From the NCBI GenBank assembly GCA_038101125.1, contig JAYNVZ010000006.1, positions 869-39,533 of the forward strand: a stretch of DNA of 38,665 bases, in the 5' to 3' direction. Source of the stretch: Gammaproteobacteria bacterium. Its GTDB lineage: Bacteria; Pseudomonadota; Gammaproteobacteria; GCA-002705445; GCA-002716945. The position numbers and the translations under genes are program-made. Positions 30,881 to 38,665 of the stretch are shown one piece after another. Each line of letters opens with the position of its first letter. Position 1 is the stretch's first letter. A model generated the notes under the pieces. The model saw only the letters and a program-made list of their open reading frames with translations. It did no database searches and was not told the DNA's origin.

Positions 30881-31955
30881 ATTTAACAACATAAAATTTA
30901 ACTACAAAAAAATTATTCATGTAGATATGGACTGTTTCTATGCTTCGGTAGAAATAAGGGATAACCCACAATATATAAACAAACCTGTAGCTGTCGCTGG
31001 AAGCTCAGTGAGCAGAGGTGTTGTAACTACTTGTAATTATATAGCTAGAAAATTTGGTGTTAAATCTGCTATGCCATCTGTGACAGCAAAAAGACTTTGC
31101 CCTGAGATAATTTTTCTACCAGTTAACATGCATAAATACAGAGATGTATCTCAGGAAGTTCATAAAATTTTTAGATGCTATACAAAAATAATTGAACCAG
31201 TATCCCTAGATGAGGCTTACTTAGATGTATCAGATTCTAAATACTGTGATGGTGATCCAGAAAAAATGGCACTACAAATACGCCAGAAGATTTCGGAAGA
31301 CTTGGGGATAACAGCTTCAGCTGGAATTTCTTCAAACAAGTTTTTAGCAAAAATTGCAAGTGATTGGAATAAGCCAAATGGACAGTTTTATGTCTCTGAT
31401 AGTGACATTGATGAGTTCGTTTTAAAAATACCGATAAGAAGCATACATGGCGTTGGTGAGAAAACAGAAAAGCTACTAAAAACAAAAAAAATAAATACAT
31501 GTGAGGACCTACAGAAACTCAAAAGATATGATCTTATTGAGATGTTAGGCAAATATGGAGATACATTGTACGAATTATGTAGAGGTATTGACGAAAGAGA
31601 AGTTAAGTCTGATAGAATCAGAAAAAGCTTAAGCGTTGAAGATACTTATGAAGAAGATCTGAAAGATTTTGAATCATGCTCTAATAAATTATCAGTCTTA
31701 TACGAAGAATTATTAAAGAGAATAGATGATGGCAATTATAAAAATAAAAAAATTAAATCATGCTTTATCAAAATTAAATATAGTGATTTCAAATTAACTA
31801 GTTCACAAATATCATGCAATAATATGAGTTTTAATATTTTCCTTGAACTTTTGATCCAAAATAATATTAATAGAAACAAACCTATAAGGTTATTGGGGTT
31901 AGGCATAAATTTTAATAATGTAGATAAAAACCAATTAAATCTTGATATCTTTTAA
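30867..31955 (+). CDS. dinB: DNA polymerase IV
   Basis: IIHVDMDCFYASVE, CNY.AR.FGV.SAM, SLDEAYLD, KFLAKIASDWNKPNG. Confidence 0.96.
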   Translation: MRADKFNNIKFNYKKIIHVDMDCFYASVEIRDNPQYINKPVAVAGSSVSRGVVTTCNYIARKFGVKSAMPSVTAKRLCPEIIFLPVNMHKYRDVSQEVHKIFRCYTKIIEPVSLDEAYLDVSDSKYCDGDPEKMALQIRQKISEDLGITASAGISSNKFLAKIASDWNKPNGQFYVSDSDIDEFVLKIPIRSIHGVGEKTEKLLKTKKINTCEDLQKLKRYDLIEMLGKYGDTLYELCRGIDEREVKSDRIRKSLSVEDTYEEDLKDFESCSNKLSVLYEELLKRIDDGNYKNKKIKSCFIKIKYSDFKLTSSQISCNNMSFNIFLELLIQNNINRNKPIRLLGLGINFNNVDKNQLNLDIF

Positions 31956-32019
31956 ATTAGACTAGTAATATAGCTAGATTTTTCTTATCATGAATGAATA
32001 CTGAATTTTGGGGGAACTA

Positions 32020-33318
32020 ATGAAATTTGAAACAATTGCGATCCATGGAGGTTATTCTCCTGAGACAACAACAAATGCTGTAGCTGTACCAATATATCAA
32101 ACAGCGTCATATTCTTTTAGAGATACACAGCATGGTGCTGACCTATTTGATCTAAAAGAAGCTGGTAACATTTATACAAGAATAATGAACCCAACATCTG
32201 ATGTTCTTGAAAAACGTGTTGCTGCTATGGAAGGAGGTATTGGCGCACTTGCACTGGCATCTGGTTCTGCTGCTACAACTTATGCAATTATGACTATTTG
32301 TGAAGCTGGTGATAACATAATCAGTACTGGTACATTATATGGTGGTACGTATACCCTATTTGCTCATCAATTACCTAGATTCGGGGTTGAAGTTAAATTT
32401 GGTGAGCACAATAAAATAGATGATATGGCATCTTTGATAGATTCGAAAACCAAAGCTATTTTCTGTGAATCAATTGGTAATCCTGCAGCAAATGTCGTAG
32501 ATATTCCTAAAATGGCAAAACTAGCACATGATCATGGTATACCATTAATAGTTGACAATACTGTACCTTCTCCATATTTATTCCGACCAATAGAACATGG
32601 CGCAGATATCGTTGTTCACTCTTTAACTAAGTATATGGGAGGGCATGGAACGACCATTGGAGGGATTATTGTAGATTCAGGTAAATTTCCTTGGGCGAAA
32701 CATAAAAAAAGATTTAGTAGATTAAATACACCTGACCCATCATATCATGGTGTTGTTTATACAGAAGCAATGGGTGATGCAGCATTTATCGGTGCAGCAA
32801 GAGTTGTGCCTTTAAGAAACATGGGGGCTGCAATTTCACCATTTAATAGCTTCCTTATTTTACAAGGCATTGAAAGTTTAGCTGTACGTATGGATAGACA
32901 TTGTGAAAACGCTGTAAAAGTAGCAGATTTTTTACTTAAACATCCTAATGTATCCTGGGTTAACTATCCAGGGATTCCAAGTAGCCCAGATTATGAACTT
33001 GTTAAAAAACTAATGGGCGGCAAAGCTTCAAGTGTTTTAAGTTTCGGTATACAAGGCGGGAAGGCTAACGGTGCTAAATTTATTGATAATCTTGAGTTAA
33101 TAGTGAGACTGGTAAATATAGGAGATGCCAAATCATTAGCATGTCATCCTGCGTCAACAACGCATAGACAATTGTCTAAAAAAGAATTGAAGCTTGCAGG
33201 AGTTCCAGAGGATCTAGTTAGGCTTTCTATAGGTATAGAAAACTCAGATGACATTATCAATGATATCAGTCAAGCATTGAGTGGTGTTTTTGGTAAAACT
33301 AAGAAGAAAAATAAATAA
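32020..33318 (+). CDS. metY: O-acetylhomoserine aminocarboxypropyltransferase (sulfhydrylase)
   Basis: VPIYQT, GNIYTRIMNPT, HSLTKYMGGHG (PLP lysine), NIGDAKSL..HPASTTH; ATG 32020 with GGGGAA RBS. Confidence 0.92.
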   Translation: MKFETIAIHGGYSPETTTNAVAVPIYQTASYSFRDTQHGADLFDLKEAGNIYTRIMNPTSDVLEKRVAAMEGGIGALALASGSAATTYAIMTICEAGDNIISTGTLYGGTYTLFAHQLPRFGVEVKFGEHNKIDDMASLIDSKTKAIFCESIGNPAANVVDIPKMAKLAHDHGIPLIVDNTVPSPYLFRPIEHGADIVVHSLTKYMGGHGTTIGGIIVDSGKFPWAKHKKRFSRLNTPDPSYHGVVYTEAMGDAAFIGAARVVPLRNMGAAISPFNSFLILQGIESLAVRMDRHCENAVKVADFLLKHPNVSWVNYPGIPSSPDYELVKKLMGGKASSVLSFGIQGGKANGAKFIDNLELIVRLVNIGDAKSLACHPASTTHRQLSKKELKLAGVPEDLVRLSIGIENSDDIINDISQALSGVFGKTKKKNK

Positions 33319-33319
33319 A

Positions 33320-35131
<1,812 letters not shown>

Positions 35132-35184
35132 TTAATTTAATTGGAATTAAAGTATAATATAACAATACTAAACTTACTAAAGAA

Positions 35185-35823
35185 ATGAAAGAAGATAATA
35201 CAAATACAATTAATATGGTTGAAAATCATATTAGAACACTTAATGTTATTGATGACGGTGTCTTGGATACACTAAAAAAAATATCTAGAAGATCATTTGT
35301 TCCTGAAAAATATAAAGCATTTGCTCATGTCGATATGAGTATACCAATCGGCTTTAACCAGAAAATGTTATTACCATCTGTAGAAGCTAAGATATTACAA
35401 GCTATGGATATAAAAAAAAGTGAAGATGTATTATTGGTTGGATCAGGTACAGGATATTTTTCAACATGCATATCAATGCTTGCAAACAGAGTACACTCAA
35501 TAGATGTGGTCGAAGATTTTATAGAAAATGCCCAACAAAACTGTAGAAGTATATCAAGTGGCAATATGAACTTTGAGAAATTAAATATTCTAGATAACCT
35601 TAAATTGATAAAAAGTTACAAAGTAACTATTTTTACAATTGCAATTGATAATATTGATGAAATATTAGACAACATGGATAATGGTGCTCGTTGTTTTATA
35701 TTTGAAAATATTGCTAATTGCCCAATACAAAAAGGCATGGCTATATACAAAACTAATAGATCGAGCTATCTAAAAGAATATGTACTTGAAACCAACATAC
35801 AGACAATTTCAACTGGTGAATAA
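35185..35823 (+). CDS. pcm: protein-L-isoaspartate O-methyltransferase family protein (divergent)
   Basis: MVE..IR...V.D..VL, R..FVP......A..D..IP, VGSGTGY; usual position between thiC and tolC. Confidence 0.72.
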   Translation: MKEDNTNTINMVENHIRTLNVIDDGVLDTLKKISRRSFVPEKYKAFAHVDMSIPIGFNQKMLLPSVEAKILQAMDIKKSEDVLLVGSGTGYFSTCISMLANRVHSIDVVEDFIENAQQNCRSISSGNMNFEKLNILDNLKLIKSYKVTIFTIAIDNIDEILDNMDNGARCFIFENIANCPIQKGMAIYKTNRSSYLKEYVLETNIQTISTGE

Positions 35824-36146
35824 TGATTGAAAAAAGCCCAAGAGAAGTCAAAGATATAATTGATAATGCTAAAAATCACCCAATGATTCTTGATGTAAGA
35901 GAACAATGGGAATATGATATATGTCATATTGAGAATTCTACACATATACCTATGGGTAAAATTGCCAATGCTGAAGGAGAGCTAAGCATCAATATGAAAA
36001 TTATTGTTGTTTGTCATCATGGTATTAGAAGTAGGATGGTTGCTAAATACTTAACATCAAAGGGTTTTAGCGATGTAATTAATTTAACCGGAGGGATAGA
36101 TGCGTGGTCAATGAATATTGACCCATCAATGCCTAAATATGTATAA
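35823..36146 (+). CDS. single-domain rhodanese-like protein
   Basis: LDVREQWEY, CHHGIRS, NL.GGIDAW...IDP..P.Y. Confidence 0.92.
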   Translation: MIEKSPREVKDIIDNAKNHPMILDVREQWEYDICHIENSTHIPMGKIANAEGELSINMKIIVVCHHGIRSRMVAKYLTSKGFSDVINLTGGIDAWSMNIDPSMPKYV

Positions 36147-37446
36147 ATCAAAATTATATTTAATGATCATTATAATGTTAACTTCACATGTTGAAGCGGC
36201 TGATATTATGGATGTCTATAATAGGTCATTAAATTTTAATAATGATCTTAAAATAATTACTAACGATCAAAAAATTTCTCAAGAAGTTTATAGTCAAACG
36301 TCATCAAATATATTCCCTGAAGTTAGCATAACAGCTAATACTCAAGAAATTAATGTTAACAAGTATACTGGTACTGGTATGCAAAAAGACTACTCAACAG
36401 AAAGTGCAAGCTTAATAATTACACAACCACTGCTCAGATTATATTTTTTTGATGAGCTGAGTAAAGCAGAATCAATAGTTAAGAAATCTGAAATAAATCT
36501 CGCAGAGTTTAAAAAAGATTTGATAGTAAAATCGGCGGAGTTATATTTTAATCTCATTAATGCTAAAAATAGTGTTGCTGCTGGTGAAGTAAAGTTAGAC
36601 TCAATGCTAATTAAATATGAGAGTGCAAAAAAACTTTTTGACAATGGTTATATATCTGATATTGAATTGAACAAATATAGAAACAACTATGAAATGACCA
36701 TGGTTGAAAAACAAATACTAGTAAATGAACTTGACATGGTTAAACAAGACGTCTACATATTTACTGGTAGAGAAATTCTGGATATACATAACCTTAATCA
36801 TACGATTGAAGTCCCATTATCGACGTATGATGCAAACAGTTTAATTTCCAAAGCTCTAGTATCTTTTGATAGTATTAAATCTGCATTACTAGATGTAAAT
36901 ATCTCTAGAGATGAAATGAAATCTAATAAATCAAAACACTATCCAACTATAGATCTAAATGCTACTTATGATTATTCTGATACTAGTAGTGGTTCTAGAC
37001 TGGGCAAACAGACAAGAGAGTCTAATACGATTGGACTAACGATTAATATACCTATATATCAGGGTGGTTTTCAAAAATCTAAGGTAACTGAAGCAAGATA
37101 TAAGTATAAAAATGCAAAAATAAACTTGGATAACTTGAGAAGAACCACAAGAAAAGAAATTTTAGATAATATAAATAATTATAACTTACTAAAAAGTTTA
37201 GTTATAGTTAAACGTGATAGATATAATGATGTCAATCAAGATTATCTAACACTTTCCCAAGGGGCTGATATTGGTCTTTATACTGACGTAGAGGTTAAAG
37301 ATGCAGAATATAATTTAATGATAGCTAAAAATGATTTAATTGAAAGCACATTAGACTTGCTACTAATCGACCTAAATTTAAAGAAATATTCATCTAATTT
37401 AAGTGTAGAAAACATTCGAACTATAAATAGAATGTTAGTATGGTAG
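36139..37446 (+). CDS. tolC: TolC family outer-membrane channel
   Basis: Signal peptide, .QPL, Y.NL..A, HYPT.DL, G...NIPIYQGG; start set at ATG 36139. Confidence 0.87.
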   Translation: MYKSKLYLMIIIMLTSHVEAADIMDVYNRSLNFNNDLKIITNDQKISQEVYSQTSSNIFPEVSITANTQEINVNKYTGTGMQKDYSTESASLIITQPLLRLYFFDELSKAESIVKKSEINLAEFKKDLIVKSAELYFNLINAKNSVAAGEVKLDSMLIKYESAKKLFDNGYISDIELNKYRNNYEMTMVEKQILVNELDMVKQDVYIFTGREILDIHNLNHTIEVPLSTYDANSLISKALVSFDSIKSALLDVNISRDEMKSNKSKHYPTIDLNATYDYSDTSSGSRLGKQTRESNTIGLTINIPIYQGGFQKSKVTEARYKYKNAKINLDNLRRTTRKEILDNINNYNLLKSLVIVKRDRYNDVNQDYLTLSQGADIGLYTDVEVKDAEYNLMIAKNDLIESTLDLLLIDLNLKKYSSNLSVENIRTINRMLVW

Positions 37447-37460
37447 CAACAATTAGATAG

Positions 37461-38665
37461 ATGATAATTTATAATTTAATACTATATCTCATCTCTCCAT
37501 ATCTAATAAGTAGAGTCATAATAGAAGCAATAAGAAGAAGAAGTGGCGTCTCCTTCATAGGACAACGACTGGGCCTATTTTCTAAAAAGCTATTTAAGAA
37601 GCCCATATGGATTCATGCGTCCTCTGTTGGCGAGACTAAAGCTGCGATAAGTTTATATAAAAGTTTGTCCAAAAAATTCCCAGAAGAAAATTTCCTAATA
37701 ACAACTAATACTTCATCCTCAAGAGGCATTATCCCTACAAATAAGAATTTAGAACATACATACTTGCCACTTGATTGGTTATTTACAACGAAGAGATTCA
37801 TTAATTTATTTAATCCTCGAATATGTATTTTAATAGAAACTGAATTATGGCCTAATCTTATATCAACCTGTAAAAAAAATAATATTTCAATTATTATAGC
37901 TAACGCAAGACTATCTAAAAGAACAACCGAGAGTCCCTCTTTCATTAAACAAATTTACAAAAAAGTTCTTTCAGATGTCGATCTCATACTTTGTAAGTCG
38001 AACAGAGATAAAGAAAATTATATTCAACTTGGTTATTTAAATAAGAATATTAAAGTTATTGGTAATCTTAAATATGCAGATACAAATAATATAGTTTATA
38101 ATAATGAAAATATTGTTAACAGAAAATATGTACTAGCGTTATCAACACATCCGGATGAAGAAAGACAAATCATAACTGAATGGATGAGAATAAATGAGAA
38201 AAAAATTCTTCTAGTAATTATGCCGAGACATCCCGAAAGATTGGGGGATATTTTATCAGATATACCTTTAGATATGTTGAGTATTTCTATACGTAGTAAA
38301 AATGAACCTATCAAAAAATCAACGCAAATATACATCGCAGACACATATGGCGAAGCAAACCTTTTTTTAGAACATTGTGAATTTGTATATTTAGGTGGCT
38401 CCCTCGTAGATCATGGTGGACAAAATTTTATGGAAGCTGCATCATATGGAAAGACAATTATCGTTGGTCCATATATGTATAATTTTATAGAGGAAACAGA
38501 GGAATTTCTAAAAAATAATGCCATGATTATGGTGAAAAGCTCGCCAACACTTAAACATGTTTTTGAACGACTAATTAAGTCAAAACAAAGACGAGAGCTA
38601 TTCGGAGCTAATGCAAAAAAAATATTACTTTCCAAAAAAGATATTATCAATGATTACTGTAAAGA
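37461..38665 (+). CDS. waaA: Kdo transferase (partial, 3' end runs off the window)
   Basis: Not in ORF track. Open from ATG 37461 to window end: IWIHASSVGE, YLPLD, ETELWPN, NARLS, GNLK, STH..EE, PRHPER, GGSL...GGQN..E. Confidence 0.95.
   Translation, partial: MIIYNLILYLISPYLISRVIIEAIRRRSGVSFIGQRLGLFSKKLFKKPIWIHASSVGETKAAISLYKSLSKKFPEENFLITTNTSSSRGIIPTNKNLEHTYLPLDWLFTTKRFINLFNPRICILIETELWPNLISTCKKNNISIIIANARLSKRTTESPSFIKQIYKKVLSDVDLILCKSNRDKENYIQLGYLNKNIKVIGNLKYADTNNIVYNNENIVNRKYVLALSTHPDEERQIITEWMRINEKKILLVIMPRHPERLGDILSDIPLDMLSISIRSKNEPIKKSTQIYIADTYGEANLFLEHCEFVYLGGSLVDHGGQNFMEAASYGKTIIVGPYMYNFIEETEEFLKNNAMIMVKSSPTLKHVFERLIKSKQRRELFGANAKKILLSKKDIINDYCK

Noticed and set aside
31956-32019. 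SAM-II/SAM-V riboswitch or Met boxes before metY
   Set aside because: Only 64 nt with no recognisable pseudoknot consensus and just one imperfect AGACTAGT; an Infernal search would be needed to exclude it fully.

Overview
AT-rich, very densely packed chromosomal window from what looks like a genome-streamlined, probably marine Gammaproteobacterium. This is inferred from gene order (TPR-ispE-tRNA-Gln-prs-rplY-pth-ychF-tRNA-Met, hemA-prfA-prmC, thiC/pcm-rhodanese-tolC-waaA) and system I cytochrome c maturation. About three quarters is housekeeping: ccmDEFGHI, the prs/pth/ychF block, hemA-prfA-prmC-gatCAB-mreBCD, dinB, metY, thiC, tolC, waaA and two tRNAs. The best candidate for an uncharacterised system is 2.7-8.3 kb, a cluster built around a PTPS-IV-type QueD/PTPS paralog. 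It also holds a RibD reductase-only protein, an MDR dehydrogenase, a GT4 glycosyltransferase, a SAM methyltransferase, an LPG-synthase-type membrane protein and a CDP-alcohol phosphotransferase, and points to an unknown GTP-derived, glycosylated and possibly lipid-linked product. Reading beyond the ORF track added several items: a DUF1244 gene, a 59-aa CHCC zinc-finger gene, ccmD, waaA, a frameshifted CDP-alcohol phosphotransferase and a TPR lipoprotein gene broken by one in-frame TAA. lolB is absent from its usual position, thiC has no TPP riboswitch, and an O-methyltransferase overlaps trhO. No mobile element, CRISPR array or rRNA was seen.
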